A DNA stretch of 60,706 bases from Candidatus Saccharimonadota bacterium (GCA_014191035.1 BJGX01000004.1:1-60706), one strand, 5' to 3'; positions 37,848 to 48,691 are shown, numbered from the stretch's first letter. A program made the numbers and translations. The notes: generated by a model not told the origin, from the sequence alone.

Positions 37848-38825
37848 ATGGAGAATATTTTAAAAGATTTTAACAATCAATTAAGCAAAGCACAAAACCA
37901 AAATGAGATAGAAAAGGTTAGGGTGCAGTTCTTGGGTAAAAAGAGTTTTATAACGGAAAACATGAAGACTTTGCCAAATCTTTCAGCTGAAAAAAGAGGG
38001 CAGCTTGGTAAGGATTTAAATAGCTTAAAGCTTACTTTCCAAGAAGCAATCAATAAAAAGGTTGATAATTTGGAAATGGCTGCTAAATTTACCCCAATTG
38101 ATGTATCTAGACCTGGAAAACCCCTTTATAAAGAATCAAGAACAGGTCATATGCATCCTTCAAGCTTAGTTTTGAAAGAAACCTATAGGGTATTCACCGA
38201 GTTAGGCTTTGCTATCGTAGATAGTCCAGAAATAGAGGATGATTGGCATAATTTCGAGGCCTTAAATATGCCTGAAATACACCCAGCCAGAGAGATGCAG
38301 GACACATTCTACATCGACAAGAGCAACAAGAAGCTATTGCCAAGAACTCATACCTCAGGAATGCAGGTAAGATTTATGAAGCAAAATAATCCGCCTTTTA
38401 AAATTATCGTACCTGGTAAGGTTTTTAGAAATGAAAACGAAGACGCAACACACTCTTGGACTTTTGGTCAAATTGAAGGCCTAGTGGTCGGTGAGGGGGT
38501 TAGTGTTACAGATTTAAGAGGCACTCTATTGGAAATTGTAAAAAAACAGCTAGGTCCTGAAACGGAAATCAGGTTTAGGGCAAGTTATTTCCCATATACA
38601 GAGCCTTCCATGGAGATAGATGCTAAATTTAAAGGAAAGTGGCTCGAATTGGGAGGTGCCGGCATGGTCCATCCTCAAGTGCTTATAAATGGCGGAATTG
38701 ATCCAGAAAAGTATTCAGGATTTGCATTCGGCTGGGGAGTAGAGAGGCTGGCTGTTATCAAGTACGGGATTACAGATTTAAGAGAGTTGTGGAGACCAAA
38801 ATTTGATTATTTGGAGCAATTTTAG
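37848..38825 (+). CDS. pheS: Phenylalanine--tRNA ligase alpha subunit
   Basis: HPAREMQDTFY, FRNENEDATHSWTFGQIEG and GAGMVHPQVL are class II motifs 1-3. Confidence 0.95.
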   Translation: MENILKDFNNQLSKAQNQNEIEKVRVQFLGKKSFITENMKTLPNLSAEKRGQLGKDLNSLKLTFQEAINKKVDNLEMAAKFTPIDVSRPGKPLYKESRTGHMHPSSLVLKETYRVFTELGFAIVDSPEIEDDWHNFEALNMPEIHPAREMQDTFYIDKSNKKLLPRTHTSGMQVRFMKQNNPPFKIIVPGKVFRNENEDATHSWTFGQIEGLVVGEGVSVTDLRGTLLEIVKKQLGPETEIRFRASYFPYTEPSMEIDAKFKGKWLELGGAGMVHPQVLINGGIDPEKYSGFAFGWGVERLAVIKYGITDLRELWRPKFDYLEQF

Positions 38826-41507
38826 ATGAAAATTAGCGTTGATTTAATAAATTCATATCTGATAAATAAGCTTTCTACCGAAAAGATGGCTGAAGTAATT
38901 GAGCGAACAGAAGTAGAGGTTGAAGAAATTCTGTATGCGAATAAGCTAGATGAAAAAATAATTACGGCTAAAGTAGTTGAAGTTATTAAACATCCAAATG
39001 CAGACAAGCTTAATAAAGCCAAAGTTGATAATGGAATTGCATTGATAGATATTGTATGCGGCGCACCAAATATTCGCGAAGGTTTAGTTGTTGCTCTTGC
39101 TCAAGTCGGATCAGTATTGCCTGATGGCTTTGAGATTAGAGAGGCTAAAATACGAGGTGAAGTTTCTCACGGAATGCTATGTTCAGAAAAAGAGTTAGCT
39201 TGGGGTGAAGATCATGGTGGCATTGTTGAGCTCGACCCTAGCCTACCTATAGGCCAATCATTGTGCGACACAGCAAAAATGAGTGATATCATAGACATTA
39301 AGACACCTTCGAACCGCTGGGACTACTTATCTTATGTCGGGCTAAGTAGGGAAATAGCTGCTTGCGATGATCAGAATTCACTAATTGAACCAGAAACTCA
39401 CGAAATAACATATAAAAACAGGGAAGTCGCAAAAGTCAATAAAAATGAAGGTTGTGAATCTTTTTATACTGTGAAAGCCCGTGTGAAAGCTGATCAAATA
39501 AGCCCTCGTTGGCTTGTGGATAACTTACAGGCATCGGGTGTTCGCACAATAAATCCTGTTGTAGATATTACTAATTTTGTAATGCTCGAATATGGGCAGC
39601 CCTCTCATGCTTACGATATTAATAAACTAAACGGCCCTATCGGTGTTAGGCTGGCTAAAAATAACGAACAGCTCACCACTCTGGATGGTAAGCAGCTTAA
39701 ATTAACTGATTCAGATTTGGTAATTGTGGATAACTCTGGGGCTGTAGCGCTTGCAGGTGTTATGGGAGGCACACGTACACAGACAGACGAAGAAACTACA
39801 GAGGTTCTGATTGAAATAGCTAATTTTGACAAAACAATAGTTCGGCGCTCTGCGCTTAGGCATGGCATTAGAACCGAAGCGTCTGCACGTTTTGAAAAAG
39901 GGCTTCCATCCACTCTCCCCTCTCTGGCTGCCAAAAGAATTATAAAATTACTAATAGAGATCTGTGATGCTGAAATAATAGATGCAAATGAACAATTGTA
40001 CTCCCCTTCCCCTATCCGCAATTTAGGAATGAGACTGAGAAAGGCTGACAAATTTATTGGCTACAGGCTGGATGAAAAAGAGGTGATGACCGCGCTTACG
40101 AAGCGTGGCTTTCAGCCAACCCATTTTTCGCTCACCAAAGAGACAAAAGCTCACATTGGAAAGCCATATATGTATGGGGCGCAAATAGACACTGAAAATC
40201 TTGAAAAGTTTGATTGCTCATTATTAACTAGCTATGTATATTCAAAGGCCGGATTGGATATTGGCAGAACTGCTCAGATGCAATTCGAAAAAGGAATGGA
40301 AGTTCCGGAAGCAGGATTAAAGCCAGGAGATCTTTTATTCCTTAAAGGTGATGAAAAACAAGCAGGCAAAAAAATAGGGCATGTTGGCATGTACCTCGGG
40401 CGCAGTGGCATATTGCAAGCTAGCTCCACTGAAAAAAAAGTTGTTATTAGCCCCGTCACTAAATTTACTAAAGCCAAAAACTATGCTGGAGCCAGAAGGT
40501 ATATAGAGAACTTTAATCATATTATTAGTGTCACTGTTCCGTGGTGGAGAGCAGATGTTGTTGGCGAGGCAGATCTATTAGAAGAGATTGCGAAGACTCA
40601 AGGCTATAATAACATGCCCGAAACATTGCCTGATTTTGGGCCAACACCAACTTTAAATCATCAACTACTACCCTCTTTAATGATCTTAAGGGAAAAGCTA
40701 GTTGCACTAGGCCTAATTGAGGTAATGACATATGCTTTTGTTTCTAAAAAGGACATCGAAAATTTAGGTATAAAAGATTCGGAAATACTAAAAATAGAAA
40801 ATCCACTGAGTTCAGAGCAAGATTATTTAAGGACTAGCTTACTACCAAGTCATTTAAGGGCAGCTTATAACAATCAAAAATCAAACTACAACTCAATGTT
40901 TGAAATAAGTAGAGTATCTAAAAAACAGGCTGATGGAGCTGAAGAAAAATGGGCTTTAGGAATTACGGTTTGGGGGGACGATAGCCTACTTAGACTTAAG
41001 GGCTTGATTGACAGTATCTTTGGTTGGCACAAAATAGATCCTAATATTGAGCGAACTAAAGATAGTTCTTTATATATAGATCAAAGATCGGCAAACATAA
41101 AAAACTATGGAGACTTTGGTCAGCTCAAGCCAGCACTGCTAAAGAGTTTTGGACTAAGAAATGAGCTTTCATTTGCCGAGCTAGATATTGAAAAAATTAT
41201 TAATAGTGATTTTACAATTAAAGCCAAACCGCTACTCCCTTACCAGATAATTTATAAAGATATCACCATTGAGTTACCCATGACCACTTTATATACTGAA
41301 TTAAAAATAAAACTTAATGGAATAACGCATAGCGTTGATTTTGTAGATGAATTTTCTAATGACGAGTTAATAAATAGTTCTAGAAAACGCCTAACTATAA
41401 AGGTAGGTTTTGACTTGGGTCCTAATCCAAAATCCGATGAAATCTCAAAGCATCTGCAAGCCTGCTCCAAAAAACTTGAGACATTAGAAAAAGCTAAAGT
41501 ATTATAG
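38826..41507 (+). CDS. pheT: Phenylalanine--tRNA ligase beta subunit carrying an inserted NlpC/P60-like domain
   Basis: Contains the tRNA-binding OB domain (KHPNADKLNKAKVD), B3/4, B5, the core domain and a C-terminal FDX-ACB domain. About 129 extra residues (aa 437-565) carry GKPYMYG...FDCS...GDLLF...GHVGMY. Confidence 0.9.
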   Translation: MKISVDLINSYLINKLSTEKMAEVIERTEVEVEEILYANKLDEKIITAKVVEVIKHPNADKLNKAKVDNGIALIDIVCGAPNIREGLVVALAQVGSVLPDGFEIREAKIRGEVSHGMLCSEKELAWGEDHGGIVELDPSLPIGQSLCDTAKMSDIIDIKTPSNRWDYLSYVGLSREIAACDDQNSLIEPETHEITYKNREVAKVNKNEGCESFYTVKARVKADQISPRWLVDNLQASGVRTINPVVDITNFVMLEYGQPSHAYDINKLNGPIGVRLAKNNEQLTTLDGKQLKLTDSDLVIVDNSGAVALAGVMGGTRTQTDEETTEVLIEIANFDKTIVRRSALRHGIRTEASARFEKGLPSTLPSLAAKRIIKLLIEICDAEIIDANEQLYSPSPIRNLGMRLRKADKFIGYRLDEKEVMTALTKRGFQPTHFSLTKETKAHIGKPYMYGAQIDTENLEKFDCSLLTSYVYSKAGLDIGRTAQMQFEKGMEVPEAGLKPGDLLFLKGDEKQAGKKIGHVGMYLGRSGILQASSTEKKVVISPVTKFTKAKNYAGARRYIENFNHIISVTVPWWRADVVGEADLLEEIAKTQGYNNMPETLPDFGPTPTLNHQLLPSLMILREKLVALGLIEVMTYAFVSKKDIENLGIKDSEILKIENPLSSEQDYLRTSLLPSHLRAAYNNQKSNYNSMFEISRVSKKQADGAEEKWALGITVWGDDSLLRLKGLIDSIFGWHKIDPNIERTKDSSLYIDQRSANIKNYGDFGQLKPALLKSFGLRNELSFAELDIEKIINSDFTIKAKPLLPYQIIYKDITIELPMTTLYTELKIKLNGITHSVDFVDEFSNDELINSSRKRLTIKVGFDLGPNPKSDEISKHLQACSKKLETLEKAKVL

Positions 41508-41543
41508 AAAAATACCTAATTTTTAATTTATAATGGAAAGTGC

Positions 41544-43013
41544 ATGGGAAAAAAACCACATTCTCATTTCTTAAGCCTACCCCCTAAATTATCGAAAACT
41601 GGACAAAAACCTTCAGTTAAAAATAGGGTGTGGTTTATATTTATAGGAATTTTTTTAGTATTTATAATTTCCAATTTAATAATAGGAGCATTAACCCAAG
41701 GAGTTATTTTTCCAGGCGTTTCTGTTGCAGGCAAAGATTTAAGCTTTAAGACTCAAAATGAAGCTAGACAAATACTTTCCAGCATTAATAATGACAAAAA
41801 ATTTAAGGTAAAAGTTGGTAATAAAACCTTCGATGCTACGACTAAGGATTTTGGAGTTAGTTATGATTTAGAGAAGACGCTTCAGCAGGCATATAGTATT
41901 GGGCATTCCGGGCCACTGCCCATTTTAGGATTTTTTGAAGTTAACCGACGCGGACAGCTAGGCTATTCTTACAATGTAGATTCAAACCAGCTTAAAAGCT
42001 TTACTTCTAAAGTAGTCTCGGCAGTGGGTAAAGATCCGGCAAATGCGACGCTTAAGGTTAATAATGGTAATTTAGAGGTTGTTCCAGATCAAGACGGTTT
42101 TAGAGTTGATCAGAAGCTTCTAACTTCAATTATTCAGAGCGCAATCGCGGATGACAAAGATACGAATGTCGTACTGGAGCCTCAACCTGTTAAGGCCTCT
42201 TTTTTGGTTAGCGATATAAGTGCAGCGCAAAAGAAAGCCAGCGAATTGTTGTCCCGATCAGTTATCTTGAATTATGAGGGTAGGCAGTTTATACCCGATA
42301 AGAATGCAATGGGATACTGGCTCGCATTTAAGCATGTTCAAAAAGAGGACGGAAAAGTAGAATTGCAAGTAGATTTGTCCAGAGATCAAATTAAAGGCTA
42401 TTTACAGTCAGTAGCAAATGAAGTTGATATTGCCCCAAAAAACAAAAAGGTAAATATCCGTAACGGCACCTCTACTGTTGAGCAAGAAGGTGTAAATGGC
42501 AGGGCTATTTTACAAGATCAAGCTGTAGATCAAATATTTTCTGGCCTAGTAAACGGAAGTGTATCTGTTAATCTGACTTCAACACCCCTGGCTTTTAAAA
42601 CGGAAACAAACCGTTCGGTAGGACTGGACTATAATAAATATATTGAAATTAATCTATCCTCACAAAGACTATGGGCCTATCAAGACAATTCAGTGGTATT
42701 TTCCACACCTATCACAAGTGGTGCAACTGGCGCCGGATTCCCGACTGTAACGGGGCTATTTAACATTTACGCCAAAGAGAGAAGTAGATATTTAAACGGC
42801 CGACCTTATGGGTGGGATTATAATGTTTACGTTGACTACTGGATGCCTTTCTATGGAGGATACGGCCTACATGACGCCGATTGGCGCAGTGCTTTTGGCG
42901 GCCAAGATTATTACTATGGTGGTAGCCATGGATGCGTAAATATGCCCAAAAGCTCGGCAGCATTTATATATAGTTGGGCCAATATCGGCACCCCAGTATG
43001 GGTACATTACTAG
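41544..43013 (+). CDS. L,D-transpeptidase (YkuD domain) with an N-terminal membrane anchor
   Basis: The C-terminal LHDADWRS...GGSHGCVNM is the catalytic His/Cys motif. Confidence 0.85.
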   Translation: MGKKPHSHFLSLPPKLSKTGQKPSVKNRVWFIFIGIFLVFIISNLIIGALTQGVIFPGVSVAGKDLSFKTQNEARQILSSINNDKKFKVKVGNKTFDATTKDFGVSYDLEKTLQQAYSIGHSGPLPILGFFEVNRRGQLGYSYNVDSNQLKSFTSKVVSAVGKDPANATLKVNNGNLEVVPDQDGFRVDQKLLTSIIQSAIADDKDTNVVLEPQPVKASFLVSDISAAQKKASELLSRSVILNYEGRQFIPDKNAMGYWLAFKHVQKEDGKVELQVDLSRDQIKGYLQSVANEVDIAPKNKKVNIRNGTSTVEQEGVNGRAILQDQAVDQIFSGLVNGSVSVNLTSTPLAFKTETNRSVGLDYNKYIEINLSSQRLWAYQDNSVVFSTPITSGATGAGFPTVTGLFNIYAKERSRYLNGRPYGWDYNVYVDYWMPFYGGYGLHDADWRSAFGGQDYYYGGSHGCVNMPKSSAAFIYSWANIGTPVWVHY

Positions 43014-43050
43014 TCTAGTTTAGAATAAGCATAGCTGTTATAATTTAATT

Positions 43051-43449
43051 ATGAAGCCAGACGCAAACAATCCTGGTTCTTTTATGCCCGCACAAAATGC
43101 GGAATCTCTTAATGCTATAAAAAAATCCCCAGATGCTATTGGAAATTCTTCTTTATCAGCATCGCAAAACAAGTTTCCTGGCGCCCCTTCTCAAATTAAA
43201 GAAAATATAAATCATGGCGAATCATCAAAGCCTGATACCCAAGCCCCCAAAAGTGAAGTTGATAATTCATTCGAAGCGCAATTATCGCAAATGCCCGCCG
43301 AAGACACGGATATTATTGAGAAGGAATGGGTAGATAAGGTTGATCATGTTATTGAAACAACTTCCAATGATCCATATTTTCAGGAGCAAGGACAGCATGC
43401 ACTTGCAAGGCATTATTTAAAATCTAGATTTAATCAGGATGTTAAGTAA
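43051..43449 (+). CDS. Hypothetical protein (disordered N-half, helical C-half)
   Basis: TGTTATAAT extended -10 lies 6 nt upstream of the ATG. The stop is 3 nt before the next ATG. No family recognised. Confidence 0.35.
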   Translation: MKPDANNPGSFMPAQNAESLNAIKKSPDAIGNSSLSASQNKFPGAPSQIKENINHGESSKPDTQAPKSEVDNSFEAQLSQMPAEDTDIIEKEWVDKVDHVIETTSNDPYFQEQGQHALARHYLKSRFNQDVK

Positions 43450-43452
43450 TTT

Positions 43453-45885
43453 ATGAATAGCTTTGTGACGTTGGCGGTAATTGCTCTTTTAATTTTTTTA
43501 GCTATTATCTCGGTTATTGCAGTGTTGGTTTATTTAAGAATAACAAGACACTCTAAAGATATAGAGAGAAGCTTAAAAATGGTTCCGCTGCTCTTGAAAA
43601 TTCCTCCCCAAGAAACTGAGGAGGGTAACCGAGACGAAAGGGAGCTAGTAAAAGAGAATATATCTAAGGCTGAAGGTGTATATAGACTGTTGTCTGGTAT
43701 TGCTACTAAGTCCTCTATTGTTCATAGCCAAAGACATGTTAGTTTTGAAACAATAGCAAAGGGTAAGCAAATATTTTTCTATGCAGCAGTGCCAATTAGT
43801 TTGTTGGCTGCAGTAAAGAAGGCCCTAACCTCTGCTTACCCAGGCATTCAAATAGAGCAACAAAATGATGTCAACTTCTTTTCTAAGGAATCCAAAATTA
43901 ACGGAGTTGCTGGAGGGGAGTTTGTTCTAAAAAGAACCAGCTTTTACCCTATTAACTCATACCAATTGAGCGAGCAAGATGCGTTTGCGGCACTGCTTTC
44001 TGGTATTTCTGGGCTTAGCGAAAATGATGGAGTAGGAATACAAATAATGGTTAGGCCGGCAGCCTCTAAGTGGCTTAAGTCGGCAAGGCAACAATCGAAG
44101 CAGCTTTTAAATCCAAACAAAAAATATGGTGCCGAAAAAGTTGTTGGTTCTGTAGGAGATATTGCCAAAGCTCCGTTTAGAAGTGCCAAGGATGAAAAAT
44201 CGGCAGAAATTAAACAGCCAGACACCATAGATCAAGAAAATAGCAAACTTATAGAGGAGAAATCTAAATATCCTGTTTTTGAGACACTTATAAGAGTTGT
44301 AGCAAGCTCGGATACCCAGGCCAATGCCAATTTAATTATAGACAGTGTTAAATTAGGCTTTGCTCAGTTGGCACTTAATAATTCAAATGAATTTAAATAT
44401 GAACAAAGTAAGGATACACAGAAGCTTGCTACGGATTTTATTTTTAGATTCTTTCCTAAATCCAAAAATAAAACAGTACTAAATTCAGTTGAGCTTGCAA
44501 CGGTGTTTCACTTACCAAGCGAAAATATTGGTATTGCTGCCACGGTAGAGAGAAAGGGTATGCAAGAAATTGCTGCACCTGCGGATATTAACACCGAGGG
44601 AATGATTCTGGGTACAAATATATATCAGGGCCATGAACAAATCATAAGATTAGGCGACGAAGATAGACGCAGACATTTTTATATAATTGGACAGACTGGA
44701 ACAGGTAAGTCTTTATTCTTACGCAATTGTATAGTTCAAGATATGTACGCTGGTAAGGGTGTGGCTTTTATTGACCCTCACGGCGATACCGCCGAAGAGC
44801 TAATGGCTATGGTTCCACCAGAACGTGCCAAGGATGTTGTATATTTCAATCCCGGAGATTCGGAATTTCCGATGGGTTGGAATATTATGGAATTCGATCC
44901 GGAACACCCAGAACAAAAAGACTTTTTGGTTCAAGAAGCTATATCAATGCTTTATAAAATATATGACCCAAACAAGCAGGGTTTCATGGGTCCTCGATTT
45001 GAAGCCTGGTTTAGAAATGCCGCCTTAACAGTTATGGCTGATCCAGAGGGTGGAACATTTATTGAAATACCTAAAGTCTTTACTGATGATGAGTATTTAA
45101 AAATGAAATTTAAGCACCTGACTGATCCGGTTATTCAAGATTTTTGGACTGGCGAAATGGCCCAAACTGATGCCCATTCTAAATCTGAGATGCTAGGCTG
45201 GTTTGTATCTAAATTTGGTGCTTTTTCAAATAACGAAATAATGCGCAATATTGTTGGGCAGAAAAAATCCGCCTTTAATCTAAGAGAAATGATGGATGAA
45301 GGTAAAATTCTATTTGTAAATCTATCTAAGGGATTGCTTGGCGATATTAACTCTCAGCTATTGGGGATAATGTTTATAATAAAATTTCAGGTAGCTGCCA
45401 TGAGTCGTGCAGGAATGGATAAAAAAGATAGGCGCGACTTTAGTGTTTATATTGATGAGTTTCAGAATTATTCAACAGACTCTATTGCTACAATTTTGTC
45501 TGAAGCAAGAAAGTATGGTCTTAGCCTAATAATGGCTAACCAGTTTATTTCTCAGCTAGATGAAAGTGTTAGAGATTCGGTTTTTGGTAATGTTGGATCA
45601 ATGATAAGTTTTAGAGTTGGCCCAGACGATGCCGAGTATTTAGTAAAGCAGTTTGCCCCAGCCTTCGATGCTGGTGATTTGACCAATATACCTAATCATT
45701 ATTGTGCTGCCAAGGTAATGAATAAGGGCTTTCCTTCAACCCCCTTTTCTATGAAAGAAATAATGCCTCCATTAGGTAAAGAAAAGCCAGAATTAATGCA
45801 GGCCATGATTGATTTAAGTCGCGCAAACTTTGCAAAACCGAAAGCGCAAGTGGATGCAGAAATTGCAAAAAACTTAGGCATATAA
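43453..45885 (+). CDS. Membrane-anchored P-loop ATPase of the FtsK/HerA/TraG-VirD4 (T4SS coupling-protein-like) superfamily
   Basis: N-terminal TM helix, Walker A GQTGTGKS, Walker B VYIDEFQNY, and ARKYGLSLIMANQFISQL. The subfamily cannot be fixed by eye. Confidence 0.6.
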   Translation: MNSFVTLAVIALLIFLAIISVIAVLVYLRITRHSKDIERSLKMVPLLLKIPPQETEEGNRDERELVKENISKAEGVYRLLSGIATKSSIVHSQRHVSFETIAKGKQIFFYAAVPISLLAAVKKALTSAYPGIQIEQQNDVNFFSKESKINGVAGGEFVLKRTSFYPINSYQLSEQDAFAALLSGISGLSENDGVGIQIMVRPAASKWLKSARQQSKQLLNPNKKYGAEKVVGSVGDIAKAPFRSAKDEKSAEIKQPDTIDQENSKLIEEKSKYPVFETLIRVVASSDTQANANLIIDSVKLGFAQLALNNSNEFKYEQSKDTQKLATDFIFRFFPKSKNKTVLNSVELATVFHLPSENIGIAATVERKGMQEIAAPADINTEGMILGTNIYQGHEQIIRLGDEDRRRHFYIIGQTGTGKSLFLRNCIVQDMYAGKGVAFIDPHGDTAEELMAMVPPERAKDVVYFNPGDSEFPMGWNIMEFDPEHPEQKDFLVQEAISMLYKIYDPNKQGFMGPRFEAWFRNAALTVMADPEGGTFIEIPKVFTDDEYLKMKFKHLTDPVIQDFWTGEMAQTDAHSKSEMLGWFVSKFGAFSNNEIMRNIVGQKKSAFNLREMMDEGKILFVNLSKGLLGDINSQLLGIMFIIKFQVAAMSRAGMDKKDRRDFSVYIDEFQNYSTDSIATILSEARKYGLSLIMANQFISQLDESVRDSVFGNVGSMISFRVGPDDAEYLVKQFAPAFDAGDLTNIPNHYCAAKVMNKGFPSTPFSMKEIMPPLGKEKPELMQAMIDLSRANFAKPKAQVDAEIAKNLGI

Positions 45886-45934
45886 TTGAGTAATTATCAT
45901 ATTGGTATTAAAATAGTGCAAAAGAGAGGGTGAT

Positions 45935-48691
45935 TTGAAGTTTAAAGACATAGTAGTCAATTTAGTATCTGGCGCGATGCCAACGCATCGAGCATCATAC
46001 TATATTAAGCGTTTTGCTCAGGAAAATTCGGTAAGACGAATTGCTTCTGTATTGGTTATTGGTTTATTTATTTTTCAGTCCGTGGTTGTGATATTCCCCC
46101 CAAAGGCCACTAAAGCTGCGAGTGGCAATGATTTAATTTATGGTGGAATCGGCGAAGGCACTGAATCCTCAATGAAGCAAAATATGATCAATTACCTAAA
46201 CAAGGATTCTTACGGTTCCGCCTTTTTTCAGTTAATGGGTATAAATCAGCAATATGTACAGAATAATATGAAACGAGGCTCAATCTCTACCAATGGGTGG
46301 AAGTATTCTATGGGGCATAATGCTTTTGGTGGGCCTGGCTGTAGTGTAAGATTTGATCAAGTCCCCGAATTCCAGGGAGTATCGCCCTTTCCTGGTAGCG
46401 AGTCTGTCTATGTAGGATCACCAAGTTGCAGGTGGAATCAAACAAGTTTTGTCGGCCTGGTTGGAGATAAGCCTGTCTACGTAGGAGGGACATGGTGGAA
46501 TATAGGAATTATTGGAGACTGCGGAAACATTGTTCTTTTGCCGGTTGCACCACCCGAACTGCCTAATTGTGAATCGGTTAATTTGTCTGCATACAGTGTT
46601 TTGGTGGGCCAGCCAATTGTTTTGACTGGGGTTGCAAGTGCCAAGGCTACTACTCGTGTTAAATCAGTAAATATGAATTATAATCTTTACAAAACGGCTG
46701 CTAGCGAACCAACAAAAAATCCTCCACTTGAGAGCCGAGTTAGTAATAACGTAGCCTTTAACAATGGCAAATATATAGATAGTAGCGGCAAGTCATTTAC
46801 TTTTTCTTCGCCTGGCTCCTACACTGTGCGGTTAGCCGTAACAACACCCGACGAACCCGCCTTTAGATTTGGACTGCCAGGTTCTTCAGTCAATTCGTGC
46901 GCAAAAACCATAAATGTAGTAGAGGCCAATAAGCAAATTGTTTGCAGTCAATTAGGCATAAGCAATCAGCAGGCAGTTAGTTTTAGCTCCCCCTTCACAC
47001 CACAGCTAAGCGGATTAGCAAAAACTACGGGTTCACAAGGAACTGCCTACCCAAGCAAATTTGAGTATATACTTTTGACCGAAGTGTCTTCTAATGCCCC
47101 AGGCCAAAAGGTTACCTACAATGGCAAGACCTATCAAGAAAAAAATCCTAGCGGTGGGAAAACCCGTATTTCTCAGAATGTAACCTACCAAAACATCAAT
47201 GCATCTCAGTTTAATGACCCCACAGCTGGTGGTTCTTTTGACGCAAATGACTTTACTCAAAATATAACTAGCAATTCAAAATCGACAAATTATTTAATTA
47301 TTCTTAGGGTCTATAATCAGGCCGGTCAGTTAAGCCCAGATAATGTTGAGGGTTGCTACAAGAGTTTTAGCGTTGGGCCAGAGCCACTTCCTGAGAAAAT
47401 TATATGCAAATCTCTAAAGGTTAATCTTAGCCCCGAAACCGCCAAGCTTCCAAACAGTCCCACATTTATTGGGACTGCAGAAAAGCAGGGTAGCGGTTCA
47501 TTGTCCCCCAAGACTTATCAATATAATATATACAAAAAAAATTCGAATAAATATGAAAAATTGGCAAATATGCCGATTAGCGAAAACTCAAGTTCTTATG
47601 AAAACACAAAAACAAAAGCATATAACTTTACTGAAACTGGTGAATATAAAGTAACACTTACGATTGTTGCAAGTGATGGCTCCTCGACTGTAGAAGGTAA
47701 AGATGGCAATGGGGAGGATGGATGCGAACAGGTATTTAGCCTTAGCCCTAACCCCCCACAATGCATAAGTTTAAGCTCCGTTCCAAGCAGTATTCAATCG
47801 CCACCTAAAGAAGTTGAATTTACCGCCGTTACTCAGGTCGATGGTGGAGAAATGACTAGTGTTACTTTTAATTTCGGAGACGGAAGCCCACCGCAAAAGA
47901 TTAATACCAAGCAGCTAGTTAATAAAATAAAACATAACTATACACTGCCTGGCAAATATGAAGCCTACTTAACCTTTGAAGCAACCACCGGTTCAGTGCA
48001 AACTCCTCCTGCCCAATGCAAGACAACCATTACAGTAACAGACCAAAAGTTTATTAAGCTTGTTGCTAATATGACTCAGCTCACAGAAGATGGTAAGCCA
48101 ACCGATGCAAACGGCAAAACCGCTAAGGCTGGCGACGTTTTAAGATACCAAATTGGAATATGTAACGCTTCTGGCGAAACCATAAAAAACTTTGTATTTG
48201 AAGATAACATAACTGATCTTTTGTATTATACTGACGTGGTTGACGCTGGCGGTGGCGAAATTATTTCTACAACCGGAGCCAATGTTCTTACCTGGAAGCC
48301 TCTAGATGTGCCAACATTGCCTCAGTCCAAGGCCTGTAGTGACGAAAATGGCAAACCTATCTATGAAAACTATACCCAGGTTAAGGAGTTTAAAGTTAAA
48401 GTAAAAAGCCCAGTTCCAAACACACCTCTTAAGGCGGCAGATCCGAATGGTTTTGATTGTGAAGTCACAGATGAATTTCGGGCAAATCGTGTTTCCACAC
48501 CGGTGGCTTGCTCTACTATTAAGTTGATTGAGTCTAGAAATCCATTACCCCGAACCGGCTCTGGCTGGGCGCTTGGTTTGATTGGTTTTTTTGCGGCCGC
48601 CTCGACATTCCTATTCTTCAGAAATCGAATGCTTAAAAAAGAATTAGAATTGGTAGAAAAATTAACGGAGGAAGAATATGGCAAGTCCTGA
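45935..48691 (+). CDS. Large surface protein with an LPXTG-type cell-wall sorting signal, a PKD-like domain and DUF11-like repeats
   Basis: N-terminal signal anchor, a FNFGDGSPP (PKD) motif, and LPRTG (48545-48559) followed by a hydrophobic helix and RNR. TTG start with an AGAGGG SD. Confidence 0.7.
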   Translation: MKFKDIVVNLVSGAMPTHRASYYIKRFAQENSVRRIASVLVIGLFIFQSVVVIFPPKATKAASGNDLIYGGIGEGTESSMKQNMINYLNKDSYGSAFFQLMGINQQYVQNNMKRGSISTNGWKYSMGHNAFGGPGCSVRFDQVPEFQGVSPFPGSESVYVGSPSCRWNQTSFVGLVGDKPVYVGGTWWNIGIIGDCGNIVLLPVAPPELPNCESVNLSAYSVLVGQPIVLTGVASAKATTRVKSVNMNYNLYKTAASEPTKNPPLESRVSNNVAFNNGKYIDSSGKSFTFSSPGSYTVRLAVTTPDEPAFRFGLPGSSVNSCAKTINVVEANKQIVCSQLGISNQQAVSFSSPFTPQLSGLAKTTGSQGTAYPSKFEYILLTEVSSNAPGQKVTYNGKTYQEKNPSGGKTRISQNVTYQNINASQFNDPTAGGSFDANDFTQNITSNSKSTNYLIILRVYNQAGQLSPDNVEGCYKSFSVGPEPLPEKIICKSLKVNLSPETAKLPNSPTFIGTAEKQGSGSLSPKTYQYNIYKKNSNKYEKLANMPISENSSSYENTKTKAYNFTETGEYKVTLTIVASDGSSTVEGKDGNGEDGCEQVFSLSPNPPQCISLSSVPSSIQSPPKEVEFTAVTQVDGGEMTSVTFNFGDGSPPQKINTKQLVNKIKHNYTLPGKYEAYLTFEATTGSVQTPPAQCKTTITVTDQKFIKLVANMTQLTEDGKPTDANGKTAKAGDVLRYQIGICNASGETIKNFVFEDNITDLLYYTDVVDAGGGEIISTTGANVLTWKPLDVPTLPQSKACSDENGKPIYENYTQVKEFKVKVKSPVPNTPLKAADPNGFDCEVTDEFRANRVSTPVACSTIKLIESRNPLPRTGSGWALGLIGFFAAASTFLFFRNRMLKKELELVEKLTEEEYGKS

